This document shows positions 1 to 8,752 of a DNA stretch of 42,932 nt, piece by piece. The DNA lies in contig DASWUP010000154.1 in NCBI GenBank assembly GCA_036401635.1, positions 1 through 42,932 on the forward strand, written 5' to 3'. Every line of letters starts with the position of its first letter. Position 1 is the first letter of the stretch. The stretch comes from Steroidobacteraceae bacterium. GTDB lineage: Bacteria; Pseudomonadota; Gammaproteobacteria; Steroidobacterales; Steroidobacteraceae. A program made the translations under genes and the position numbers. The notes below the pieces were generated by a model. The model ran no database searches. It saw only the letters and a program-made list of their open reading frames with translations, and was not told the origin of the DNA.

Positions 1-425
1 GCCAGTGCGGCGAGCAGGGCAAGACCGGGAATGATGCCGATGATCGACGACACCCAGCTCGCGGTAGAGGCGTAGGCGACGGCCTTGAGCGCTTGCACAC
101 GGTTTTTTTCGCCGCCGAAGGTCGGGGCGAGCGCCTCTACGATCAGTGCCAGGACGAAAACGCCGGCGAGTGCCAGAGCGTAGCCGAGAACCGCGACCGT
201 GAGTCCGGCCGCCACTCCGATCCGATGCATGCCCAGGAAGGGAACCGATACGCCGACCAGCGACGAGGATACGAAACGGGCGACGGCCGGAATGGCGGCC
301 ATGATGAATACGTAGTTCAAATAGATGCCACCGATCGTGTCGGGTTCTGCGGCCACCACCGGCCACTGCGGGCGCGGCGTCAGCAGCATCGATTTGGCAC
401 GTGTGATGACTCTATTTGCATCCAT
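1..425 (-). CDS. Yip1-family multi-pass membrane protein, N-terminal part only (gene runs off the left window edge)
   Basis: Absent from the ORF track because it is open at the window edge. Reverse-strand ATG at 425-423. Translation MDANRVITRAKSMLLTPRPQWPVVAAEPDTIGGIYLNYVFIMAAIPAVARFV...LIVEALAPTFGGEKNRVQALKAVAYASTASWVSSIIGIIPGLALLAAL. The hydrophobic helices and the APTFGG-KN-VQALK segment resemble bacterial Yip1-type proteins (recognised from memory, not searched). Codon position 3 is strongly G/C. Confidence 0.6.
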   Translation of the reverse strand, partial: MDANRVITRAKSMLLTPRPQWPVVAAEPDTIGGIYLNYVFIMAAIPAVARFVSSSLVGVSVPFLGMHRIGVAAGLTVAVLGYALALAGVFVLALIVEALAPTFGGEKNRVQALKAVAYASTASWVSSIIGIIPGLALLAAL

Positions 426-593
426 AGCGGTTCCTGACGGTTCAGACACGGTGAGGCGCGCAGTTCGTGTTGCGCATGTCGCCCGCGAAGTCTTATACAC
501 AAGAATGTGCGACATTTCCTTTTCAGGCGCGTCAATGTCAAAGCCTGATTTCATTTGCAAACCCCGGCGGCTGTCCTGGGGCCGCACGCCGCG

Positions 594-2045
594 CTACTTG
601 CGCCAGTACGCCGGCCTGAACAGCACGATCACGCTGAAGATCTCCAGCCTCCCCAGCAGCATCGCCGCCGTGCAGATCCAGATCTGCAGGGCGCTGAGCG
701 CATGGAAGTTGTGCACCGCGCCGGGCGGGCCAAAGCCATGGGCGGTGTTGTTGATCGAGGCGACAATCGCGCTGAACGAGGGGTCGAAGTCGAGTCCGGT
801 CAGCAGCATGGCAAAGGTCAGCAGCGCCACGGTCATGAAATACAGGAAAATGAAGGCCAGCACCGCGTGGCCCACACCGTCGGGAATGGGTCGGCCGCCG
901 ATGCGCACCGGCACGATGGCGGCGGGGTGAACGAGTAGCGTCAGCTCCCGGCCCGCCTGCCGCGCCAGCAGCAGCGTGCGGAACATCTTGATGCCACCAC
1001 CGGTCGAGCCGGTGCTGCACACGATGCAGGACAGGAACAGCATCCAGTAGGGCGCAAACACCGGCCAGCGCTGATAGTCCTGGGTGACCAGTCCGCTGGT
1101 CGTCGCCTGGGAGACGACGTTGAACGCCGAGTGGCGCAGCGCCGTCGTGAAATGCGCGTATACCCCGTCCTGGGTGAGCAGCACCGCGATGCCGACTACG
1201 CTCACCGACAGCATGGCGAAGATCGCCTTGCACTCCGGGTCGCGCTGGTAGCTCTCGAGCGATAGGCGCCGCAGTGTGATGATGTGGCGCGCGAAGTTCA
1301 GCGATGCGATCAGCATCAGCGCGATCAGCACCAGCTCGATCGCCGGGGAGTCGAAGTAGGCGATGCTGCGGTCATGAGTGGAAAAGCCACCGAGTCCCAC
1401 CGCTGAGAATGCATGGCAGACGGCGTCGAACCACGACATGCCGCAGATCCTCAAGCTCGCGATGCCCGCAGCGGTGATGAGCGCATACACCAGCCACAGG
1501 GATTTGGCGGTTGCGGCGATGCGCGGCGCCAGCCGCTCCTCTTTCACCGGCCCGCTCGCCAGCAGCCCCTTATAGAGCTGCATGCCGCCCACGCCGAGCA
1601 GCGGCAGCACCGCGAGCGCCATGACGATGATGCCGAGCCCGCCGAACCAGTGCAGCGAGTGGCGCCAGAAGTTCAGTGACGGCGCCAGTTGATCGAGTCC
1701 GTCCAACACCGTGGAGCCGGTGGTGGTGAGCCCCGACATGGCTTCGAAGAACGCCCCGGTGAAGGTGAGTTGCGGCAGCGTCAGCAGCAGCGGCAGCGCC
1801 GCGGCGGCCGCTAACAGCAGCCACCCGAGAGTAACCAGCAGGAAGCCGTCGCGCGGTTTCAGCTCCCGCCGGAACGGGAACGTCGCGCCCGCCAGCAGCA
1901 GGCCGCAGCCTGCGGTGATCGCCGCGGCCAGCAGGAATTTCGGCCACAGGCCGTCGGCCAGCAGCAGGGAACAGCCGATCGGCAGGGCGTAGGCGAGCGC
2001 GAAGGTCGCCAGCAGCAGGCCCAGGACGTGCGCGACCGCGAGCAC
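594..2045 (-). CDS. trkH: Trk-type K+ uptake system membrane subunit TrkH
   Basis: 483-aa ORF with a GTG start at 2045 and many hydrophobic segments. Pore-loop-like motifs GLTTTGSTV and STGSTGGGIK. Length is typical of TrkH. It lies 12 nt downstream of trkA on the same strand. Confidence 0.9.
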   Translation of the reverse strand: MLAVAHVLGLLLATFALAYALPIGCSLLLADGLWPKFLLAAAITAGCGLLLAGATFPFRRELKPRDGFLLVTLGWLLLAAAAALPLLLTLPQLTFTGAFFEAMSGLTTTGSTVLDGLDQLAPSLNFWRHSLHWFGGLGIIVMALAVLPLLGVGGMQLYKGLLASGPVKEERLAPRIAATAKSLWLVYALITAAGIASLRICGMSWFDAVCHAFSAVGLGGFSTHDRSIAYFDSPAIELVLIALMLIASLNFARHIITLRRLSLESYQRDPECKAIFAMLSVSVVGIAVLLTQDGVYAHFTTALRHSAFNVVSQATTSGLVTQDYQRWPVFAPYWMLFLSCIVCSTGSTGGGIKMFRTLLLARQAGRELTLLVHPAAIVPVRIGGRPIPDGVGHAVLAFIFLYFMTVALLTFAMLLTGLDFDPSFSAIVASINNTAHGFGPPGAVHNFHALSALQIWICTAAMLLGRLEIFSVIVLFRPAYWRK

Positions 2046-2057
2046 CGCTTGGCTTTC

Positions 2058-3428
2058 CTAACGCGTCGAACGCAGGAACAGGCGCTCGACCGCCTCCAGG
2101 TGCCGGCGATCGGCGAGGAACAGGATCACATGATCATCGGCCGCTACCCGCGTGTCGTGGTGCGCCATGATCACCTCCTCGCCGCGCACCACTGCACCGA
2201 TGGACGCGCCTTCGGGCAGCGGGATCTGCGCCACCATCCTGCCGACCACGCGCGAGCTGCTTTCGTCGCCGTGCACGATCGCCTCCAGCGCCTCGGCGCC
2301 GCCGCGTTTGAGCGCATGCACGCGCACCACATCGCCGCGGCGCACGTGCGCCAGCAGCGAGCCGATGGTGATGGTCTGCGGCGAGATGGCGATGTCGATG
2401 CTGCTGCTCTCGACCAGCTCGGTATAGGAGGGCTTGTTGATGAGGGCGATCGCCTTGTGCGCGCCCAGGCGTTTGGCAAGCATTGCCGAGAGGATGTTGG
2501 CTTCTTCCGAGTTGGTCACCGCCGCGAACACGTCGACGCTGTCGATGTTCTCTTCGATCAGCAGCTCCTCGTCCGCGGCATCGCCGTGCAGCACGATGGC
2601 GTTCTCCAGCAGTTCGGCGATCTTGCGGGCACGGCGCGCATCGCGCTCGATAAGCTTCACCTGGTTGTGCATCTCGAGCGTCTTGGCGAGGCGAAAGCCG
2701 ATGTTGCCGCCGCCGGCGATGACGATGCGCCGCGCCGGGTCGTCGCCGGGGCGCAATTCACTCATGACGCGGCGGATGTCGTCGCGCGCGGCGAGGAAGA
2801 AGATCTCATCACCCTCGGCGACGACGGTGTCGCCCTCGGGCGGGACGCTGTGCCCGTCACGGTAGATCGCGACCACGCGCACCTGCACCTTGGGCAGATG
2901 CCGCGCCAGTTCGCGCAGGCTCTGCCCCACCAGCAGCCCGCCGGTTGCCGTACGCACACCGACCAGACGCACCTTGCCGTCGGCAAAATCCAGTACCTGC
3001 AGTGTGCCGGGGTGATAGATCAGGCGCTCGATGTATTCGGTCACCAGCTGCTCGGGGTTGATGAACACATCGACGGACAGTCCGTCGACGCCAAACAGCG
3101 CCGCGCGGCTGGTGTAGTCGACCGCGCGGATACGCGCGATCTTGGTCGGTGTGCGAAACAGCGTGAACGCCACTTCGCAGGCCATCATGTTGACTTCATC
3201 GCTCGAGGTGAGCGCCACGATGATGTCCGCCTCGGCGGCACCGGCGCTCTCGAGCACCGTGGGAAGGGCGGCGTTGCCGGCGACGGTGCGCACATCGAGG
3301 CGGTCCTGCAGATCGCGCAGCACGTCCTCGTTCACGTCCACCACCGTGACCTCGTTCGCCTCTTCGCGCGAGAGGTGGTCGGCGGCGCTGCGACCCACCT
3401 GTCCGGCACCCAGGATGAGGATTTTCAT
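2058..3428 (-). CDS. trkA: Trk system NAD-binding peripheral subunit TrkA
   Basis: 456 aa with an ATG start. Two Rossmann GxGxxG motifs (ILGAGQVGRS at the N-terminus, IAGGGNIGFRLA mid-protein) give the duplicated RCK/KTN architecture of TrkA. Adjacent to trkH. Confidence 0.92.
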   Translation of the reverse strand: MKILILGAGQVGRSAADHLSREEANEVTVVDVNEDVLRDLQDRLDVRTVAGNAALPTVLESAGAAEADIIVALTSSDEVNMMACEVAFTLFRTPTKIARIRAVDYTSRAALFGVDGLSVDVFINPEQLVTEYIERLIYHPGTLQVLDFADGKVRLVGVRTATGGLLVGQSLRELARHLPKVQVRVVAIYRDGHSVPPEGDTVVAEGDEIFFLAARDDIRRVMSELRPGDDPARRIVIAGGGNIGFRLAKTLEMHNQVKLIERDARRARKIAELLENAIVLHGDAADEELLIEENIDSVDVFAAVTNSEEANILSAMLAKRLGAHKAIALINKPSYTELVESSSIDIAISPQTITIGSLLAHVRRGDVVRVHALKRGGAEALEAIVHGDESSSRVVGRMVAQIPLPEGASIGAVVRGEEVIMAHHDTRVAADDHVILFLADRRHLEAVERLFLRSTR

Positions 3429-3431
3429 TAC

Positions 3432-5612
3432 CTATAGCGGCTCGAGATTGGCGTACTGCACCATCAGCCATTTCGTGCCCTGGCGCTCGAAGCTCACCTG
3501 CACGCGCGCGTGCGGGCCGTTGCCCTCGACGTTGAGGATGACGCCGTCGCCGAATTTGCCGTGCCGCACGCGCGCCCCGAGCCGCACGCCGGCCACCTCC
3601 GGCTCCTCGGAGCGAAAGCGCCCCACCGCCAGCGGCCGCGACACCTGCACGCGCGGGCGCACCTCTTCCACCAGGTCTTCCGGGATCTCCCGGACGAAGC
3701 GCGATGCCTGGCCGTAGCTGTCCACGCCGTGCAGGCGCCGCTGCTCGGCGCAAGTGAGATACAGCTGCCGCATGGCGCGCGTCATGCCGACGTAGCACAG
3801 CCGGCGCTCTTCCTCCAGCCCGTCGAGGTCGGTGAGCGAGCGTTGATGCGGGAACAGGCCCTCTTCCATGCCGCACAGGAACACCACCGGGAACTCCAGG
3901 CCCTTGGCGGTGTGCAGCGTCATCATCTGCACGCAATCTTCCCACTCGTCCGCCTGGCCTTCGCCGGACTCGAGCGCGGCGTGCGCGAGGAACGCCTCGA
4001 GCGGCGGCAGCTCCGCGGCCTCGGGCGTGAAGCCGCGCGCGGCGCTCACCAGCTCGTCGAGGTTCTCGACGCGCGCTTCGCCGCGCTCGGCCTTGTCACG
4101 GCGGTAGTGCTCGATGAGGCCGCTCGCTTTCAACACCTGGTCCACCTGCTCGTGCAGCGCCAGCGTGCGGGTTTCTGCGGCGAGGCGTTCGATGAGCGCC
4201 ATGAAGCCGTGGATGGCGCTGCCCGCCTTGGCGCCCAGCGCGGCGCGGGCGCCGCTGCAGGCCGCGGCCGCCTCCCACAGCGAGCAGCCGGCTTGCCGGG
4301 CGTACTCGCGCAGGACGTCGAGGCTCTTCGCGCCCACGCCGCGCGCCGGCAGGTTCACCACGCGCTCGAAGGAGGCATCATCCTTGCGGTTGGCGATGAG
4401 CCGCAGGTAGGCGAGCGCGTCCTTGATTTCCGCGCGCTCGAAGAACCGTAGGCCCCCGTACACGCGGTACGGCACGCGCGCCGACAGAAACGCCTCTTCG
4501 AATACGCGCGACTGTGCATTGGAGCGGTAGAGGATGGCGATCTCGCGCCGCAGCCCGCCGCGCGCCACCTGCTCACGGATGCGGTGGGTGACGAACTCAG
4601 CTTCGTCGCGCTCGTTGAAGGCGGTGTAGAGGCGAATCGGCTCGCCGCGCGCGCCGTTGGTCCACAGTTTCTTGCCGAGGCGGCTCGCGTTGTGGGCGAT
4701 CACGCCGTTGGCCGCCTCCAGAATGGTGGCGGTGGAGCGATAGTTCTGCTCGAGCCGGTAGAGTGCGGCAAGCGGGTAGTCGCGGCGAAACTGCTGCAGA
4801 TTTTCAGCCCGCGCCCCACGAAACCGGTATATGGACTGGTCGTCGTCGCCCACCACGAACGGATGATTTGCGCCGCCGCCGTCAGCCGCCGCGCCCGCGG
4901 GGGCGAGCAGGCGTATCCACGCATACTGGATGGCGTTGGTGTCCTGGAACTCGTCGACCAGCACGTGTTGGAAGCGCCGCCGGTAGTGCGCCAGCAGCTC
5001 GGCGTTGTCGCGCCACAATTCGAACGCGCGCAGCAGCAGCTCGGCGAAATCCACCACCCCGGCGCGGGTGCAGGCCTCTTCGTAGGCGCCGTAGAGCTTG
5101 ATGAGCTGGCTGCGGGTGGGGTCGCTGGCATCCTTCAGGTGCTGCGGGCGCCGGCCCTCGTCCTTGCGGGAATTGATGAACCACTGCACCTCGCGCGGCA
5201 CCCAGCGCGTCTCGTCGAGATCGGCCGCCTTCAGGAGCTTCCTGATGAGGCGCTGCTGGTCCTCGGCGTCGAGGATCTGGAATCCCTGCACCAGCTTCGC
5301 CTCGCGCCAGTGCAGCCGCAGCAGCCGGTGCGCGAGGCCGTGAAAGGTGCCGATCCACAGCGCCCCGCTCGGCGCGCCCAGCAGCTGCTCGACGCGCGAG
5401 CGCATCTCGCCCGCGGCCTTGTTGGTGAAGGTCACGGCGAGGATCCCGTGCGGGGAGGCACCCTCGGCCTGGATCACCCAGGCGATGCGGTGCGTCAGCA
5501 CGCGGGTCTTGCCGCTGCCGGCCCCGGCCAGCACCAGCACCGGAGCGAGCGGCGCCGTGACGGCGGCGCGTTGCGCCTCGTTCAGGGGATTGAGGATCGG
5601 GGAGAGATCCAT
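3432..5612 (-). CDS. uvrD: DNA helicase II (UvrD, SF1 helicase)
   Basis: 726 aa. Walker A AGAGSGKTRVL, motif II DEFQDTN, and a UvrD-type C-terminus (GTKWLMVQYANLEPL). Length matches UvrD rather than Rep. Its stop lies only 3 nt upstream of the trkA ATG. Confidence 0.9.
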   Translation of the reverse strand: MDLSPILNPLNEAQRAAVTAPLAPVLVLAGAGSGKTRVLTHRIAWVIQAEGASPHGILAVTFTNKAAGEMRSRVEQLLGAPSGALWIGTFHGLAHRLLRLHWREAKLVQGFQILDAEDQQRLIRKLLKAADLDETRWVPREVQWFINSRKDEGRRPQHLKDASDPTRSQLIKLYGAYEEACTRAGVVDFAELLLRAFELWRDNAELLAHYRRRFQHVLVDEFQDTNAIQYAWIRLLAPAGAAADGGGANHPFVVGDDDQSIYRFRGARAENLQQFRRDYPLAALYRLEQNYRSTATILEAANGVIAHNASRLGKKLWTNGARGEPIRLYTAFNERDEAEFVTHRIREQVARGGLRREIAILYRSNAQSRVFEEAFLSARVPYRVYGGLRFFERAEIKDALAYLRLIANRKDDASFERVVNLPARGVGAKSLDVLREYARQAGCSLWEAAAACSGARAALGAKAGSAIHGFMALIERLAAETRTLALHEQVDQVLKASGLIEHYRRDKAERGEARVENLDELVSAARGFTPEAAELPPLEAFLAHAALESGEGQADEWEDCVQMMTLHTAKGLEFPVVFLCGMEEGLFPHQRSLTDLDGLEEERRLCYVGMTRAMRQLYLTCAEQRRLHGVDSYGQASRFVREIPEDLVEEVRPRVQVSRPLAVGRFRSEEPEVAGVRLGARVRHGKFGDGVILNVEGNGPHARVQVSFERQGTKWLMVQYANLEPL

Positions 5613-5660
5613 GGCGGGCGCATTTTACGGGATTGACCGCAAGCTCAGGCGTCCAACCGC

Positions 5661-6701
5661 TCAGCTCTCCTGCGCGAAGCGCGCCAGCGCCACGACGAAG
5701 CTCAGCAACACCGGGCCGATCACCAGCCCCAGGATCCCGAACGCGGCTGCCCCGCCGATCGCCCCCACAAAAATCGCCAGCGTCGACACCGCGGCGTGGT
5801 GCGCGGTCAGCAGTGGGCGCAGGATGTTCTCCACGATCCATAGTGCCGCGGTCCAGCAGGCGATGAAAATCGCCGCGCCCCAGCGCCCGCTGACGCCGAG
5901 ATAGAGCACCGCCGGGATCAGCACGATGCTGGCGCCGGCGGGCAGGAAGGCGGCAACCATGGCGAGCACGCCGAACACCACCGGCGAGGGCAGTCCCACG
6001 ATGGCGAAACCGACGCCGACGAACACTCCCTGGATCAGCGCCGTGACCGCGGAACCGAACACCACGGCGCGCGTCACGTCGACGAGGTATTTCAGCAGCC
6101 GTGCACGCCGCGCGCCTTCCACCGGGATGAGGCGTGTCAGGCCGTCCAGGATCGCGCGCCCGTCGCGCAGCAGGAAGAACAACATGAACAGCATCATGAA
6201 GAAGCCCACCAGGGTACCGATCGCGCCGAGTGCCACACTGCCGCCCTTGGCGGCGGCGGATCTGAGCAGCGTTTGCGCGCCGTCGGTCATCCAGCCCTGC
6301 AGCTGCGCGGCGCTGACCGCCACGTTCTCGCGCACCCAGCCGACCGCGCCGCCGATGAGTGGGTAGCCCGACAGGCGCTCGACCAGCTCGGGTAAGGACA
6401 GGAAGCTTTGACCGCGCAGGTACTCGATGAGACGCGCCACCTGGCCGACAAACGCACCCGCCAGCACCGACAGCGGCGCCAGCACCACGAAAGGCGTCAG
6501 CGTGGTGAGAATGCCGGCGGACAACGCACCCCGGCCCTTCAGGCGCTGCGTGAGCCGCACGTGCAGGGGATACAGGACGAACGCCAGCACCGCCGCCCAG
6601 CCGAGCACGCCGCTCAAGGGATCGAGGATCCGGAACAGCAGGTAGCCGAGGATCGCCGCGGTCGCGATCTGAAAACAGCGCTGGTAGAAGGAGGATTCCA
6701 T
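5661..6701 (-). CDS. AI-2E (PerM/YdiK-type) family transporter
   Basis: Track ORF 5661..7091 trimmed to the internal ATG at 6701 (MESSFYQRCFQIATAAILGYLLF...). The upstream in-frame extension is Pro/Arg/Ser-rich and runs into the neighbouring gene. 346 aa with about 8 hydrophobic helices and AI-2E family-like sequence. Confidence 0.8.
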   Translation of the reverse strand: MESSFYQRCFQIATAAILGYLLFRILDPLSGVLGWAAVLAFVLYPLHVRLTQRLKGRGALSAGILTTLTPFVVLAPLSVLAGAFVGQVARLIEYLRGQSFLSLPELVERLSGYPLIGGAVGWVRENVAVSAAQLQGWMTDGAQTLLRSAAAKGGSVALGAIGTLVGFFMMLFMLFFLLRDGRAILDGLTRLIPVEGARRARLLKYLVDVTRAVVFGSAVTALIQGVFVGVGFAIVGLPSPVVFGVLAMVAAFLPAGASIVLIPAVLYLGVSGRWGAAIFIACWTAALWIVENILRPLLTAHHAAVSTLAIFVGAIGGAAAFGILGLVIGPVLLSFVVALARFAQES

Positions 6702-6768
6702 CGTGCCCCGGGCGGACCGTCGAAGGAGTGAAGGGTATCGGGAACTCGCTGGCGGCGCGATCGTTCTT

Positions 6769-7869
6769 CTAAGGTGGGGTGGGGGCGATGGTGAAGCCTC
6801 CGACGAACGACTCATCGGTGAGGCTGCCGAGGAAGGCGATGAGATCGGCGCGCTCGCTGCTCGTGAGGGGAGCGCGCGGCAGGCGGCGATCGTGGTGCGC
6901 ACCGGGGGTTGCACGCGCGCGGGGCGCGAGGTCCGAATAGTGCTCCAGCACCGCCCCCAGAGTCGCGAAGCGCCCGTCGTGCATGTAGGGCGCCGTGAGG
7001 GCGACGTTGCGCAGCGTGGGCACGCGCATGGGCCGCTCGCTGGTGCCGATGTTGGCAAAGCTCGCGCGTCCGGTGTCGCCCTGGGCGTCACGCCAGTTGC
7101 CGGCGAAATTGAAGCCCGAATGACACTTGGAGCAGCCCACCCTTGATGAGAAAAACAGTGCCATGCCGCGCTTGGCCTCGGGCGACAGCGCCGCGTGCTC
7201 GCCGTCGAACACGTACCGATCGAAGGGCGAGCGCCCCGAGATCAGCGTGCGCTCGAAGGCGGCGATCGCTTTCACGAGCCGATCGAACGTCACCGCGCCG
7301 GAACCACCGGTATCTGGCCCGGGCCCGCCCCGGAAGGCGACCGCAAAGCCGGCGGAGTACGCGGTATCGGCGGCGAGCTGCGCGCACACGGACGCTTCGT
7401 GGCCCCTGAGCCCGAGCTCCACCGGATGCTCGTTCAACATGGGCTCGAGCATCTGCGCTTCCAGCGAGCGCAGCTGCGGCTTCGTCCAGCCGAAGCTGAT
7501 GTTGTAGGCGACGTTGACGAGCGCCATGGCATTGTGCGGCAGCGACTCCCCGGTGGCGCCGACCGCGACCGCCTTGCCGTCTGAGAAGGAACGCGCGGGA
7601 TCGTGGCAACTGGCGCAGCTGTAGCGTCCGGTGACCGACAGCCGCGGCTCGAAGAACAGCCGCCGCCCGAGGGCCACCTTGGCCACGGACATCGGGTTGT
7701 CGGCGGGCACCGCGGGCGTCGGAAAACCGCGCGGCAGCTGCCACACGTAAGCGGCGGATGGCGCCCCGTCAATCGCCGGGCTGTGCTGCGCGAAGCTCGC
7801 GTGTCCTGCGGTCAGGAGCCACGCCGTGCTCGCGGCCAGCACCCGCACACCGCGCCCGCCGGCGCGCAA
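6769..7869 (-). CDS. periplasmic di-haem cytochrome c peroxidase family protein (CcpA/MauG/MbnH superfamily)
   Basis: Two haem c sites, CASCH and CSKCH, with family-typical spacing and the motifs PTLRNV..TAPYMHDG. Track ORF 6769..8241 is trimmed because its 5' part overlaps the TPR gene. There is no in-frame ATG. The candidate starts are TTG 7869 (giving RAGGRGVRVLAASTAWLLTAGHASFA as signal peptide) or GTG 7848, so the start is uncertain by about 20 nt. Confidence 0.8.
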   Translation of the reverse strand: MRAGGRGVRVLAASTAWLLTAGHASFAQHSPAIDGAPSAAYVWQLPRGFPTPAVPADNPMSVAKVALGRRLFFEPRLSVTGRYSCASCHDPARSFSDGKAVAVGATGESLPHNAMALVNVAYNISFGWTKPQLRSLEAQMLEPMLNEHPVELGLRGHEASVCAQLAADTAYSAGFAVAFRGGPGPDTGGSGAVTFDRLVKAIAAFERTLISGRSPFDRYVFDGEHAALSPEAKRGMALFFSSRVGCSKCHSGFNFAGNWRDAQGDTGRASFANIGTSERPMRVPTLRNVALTAPYMHDGRFATLGAVLEHYSDLAPRARATPGAHHDRRLPRAPLTSSERADLIAFLGSLTDESFVGGFTIAPTPP

Positions 7870-7874
7870 CCCGG

Positions 7875-8561
7875 TCAGCGCCAGCTGGCCGCCGTTCCTG
7901 CGCGCGTCAGGGCCGCGGTCTGGCCCGCAATCTGCGCACGCTCCTGGATCCACTTGTCCAAGTCGTCCAGGCCGGTCGCGCTCGTGGCGGGACTTGCGCG
8001 CTGGGTCGCAACCCAGCTCCTCATGGCGGCAAGGAGCTTGCCGGCCAGCGCTCGATTGCCCGCGTACAGGTCCAGGTAAGCCTGCTGCGCGTCGGCGATG
8101 CGATTGAGAGCGAGGTACGCCTCGCCGCGATACTCCAGGGCATCGGGATACCCGGGCTTGAGCGCGAGCGCCTTGTCGTACGCTGCGAGCGCCTCGTCGT
8201 AGTTGCCGAGCTTGCGGTTGGTGAAACCTACGTAGTTCCACGCTTCGTGCAGCGTCTCATCGAGCTGTACCGCTTCCTGGAACTTCGCCAGCGACTTGGC
8301 GTACAGGTCGTGGGCTTCGCGCGCGGCCTGATCCTTCTTGCCGGCATCGCTCGCCTGCATGGCCGCGCTCTGCGCCTTGTCAGCCTTCTTCACGTAACGC
8401 ACGCCGTCGTTGTAGGCGTCCTTCGCCTTTTGCTGCGGCGTCTGCTCGCGCGGCGTGGCGGGCATCGCCGGCATGGACATTCCGCCGCCACCGTTTGCCC
8501 ACGCCGCGGGAATCACGTTCACGAGCAGGCAGACTGACAAAACCTGAAAAGCCGTGCGCAT
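7875..8561 (-). CDS. secreted tetratricopeptide-repeat protein with Met-rich N-terminus
   Basis: 228 aa. ATG at 8561 preceded by GAGGAG (8574-8569) at 7-nt spacing. Signal peptide MRTAFQVLSVCLLVNVIPAAWA, then GGGGMSMPAMP. TPR-like repeats follow (WNYVGFTNRKLGNYDEALAAYDKALALKPGYPDALEYRGEAYLAL). Confidence 0.75.
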   Translation of the reverse strand: MRTAFQVLSVCLLVNVIPAAWANGGGGMSMPAMPATPREQTPQQKAKDAYNDGVRYVKKADKAQSAAMQASDAGKKDQAAREAHDLYAKSLAKFQEAVQLDETLHEAWNYVGFTNRKLGNYDEALAAYDKALALKPGYPDALEYRGEAYLALNRIADAQQAYLDLYAGNRALAGKLLAAMRSWVATQRASPATSATGLDDLDKWIQERAQIAGQTAALTRAGTAASWR

Positions 8562-8752
8562 GGGACATCTCCTCGATCAGCTGGCGCGCGCGCCTTACGT
8601 TCCGATGCCTATGCTGCAACCGCGCGCGGCGAGCGGCAACTGCGGCGGCGGCGAAGATGCGCCGACGGCGTTCCCGCAGCGTCTCATGGAATGCGCCACA
8701 CGCGCCGCCACCGGTTAATGCGCGCGGCCGCGGCGCCATCGCACGGCCGGCG

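Noticed and set aside
476-515. 7-bp inverted repeat ATGTCGC...GCGACAT in the Yip1 upstream region. A similar 7-bp repeat, CTTAGGA...TCCTAAG, occurs at 17840-17901.
   Set aside because: Seven-bp arms with 26- to 48-nt spacers are expected by chance in gaps of this size. There is no supporting context.
7870-8241. In-frame 5' extension of the peroxidase ORF (the track lists 6769..8241).
   Set aside because: The extension overlaps the TPR gene, which has a good ribosome-binding site and signal peptide. It encodes an Arg-rich non-secretory sequence, while a proper signal peptide starts near 7869. The same logic was used to trim ORFs 5661..7091, 13107..15449, 15485..16681, 19653..20366, 20285..21256, 22240..23064, 26779..27810, 28451..29827, 29484..31829, 31886..33214, 32863..35448, 38706..39119 and 41335..41721.
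8560-8718. 52-aa plus-strand ORF (MGHLLDQLARAPYVPMPMLQ...) filling the receptor-TPR gap. It was considered as a possible precursor peptide.
   Set aside because: G/C at codon position 3 is only about 75 % by hand count, which is intermediate between coding and non-coding. It has no ribosome-binding site, no hydrophobic or repeat pattern, and a start that overlaps the TPR gene start. The evidence is insufficient.
8723-8732. GC-only palindrome CGCGGCCGCG downstream of the receptor stop, considered as a terminator.
   Set aside because: It has no loop and no following T-run. I found no convincing intrinsic terminator anywhere in the window and prefer not to call one.
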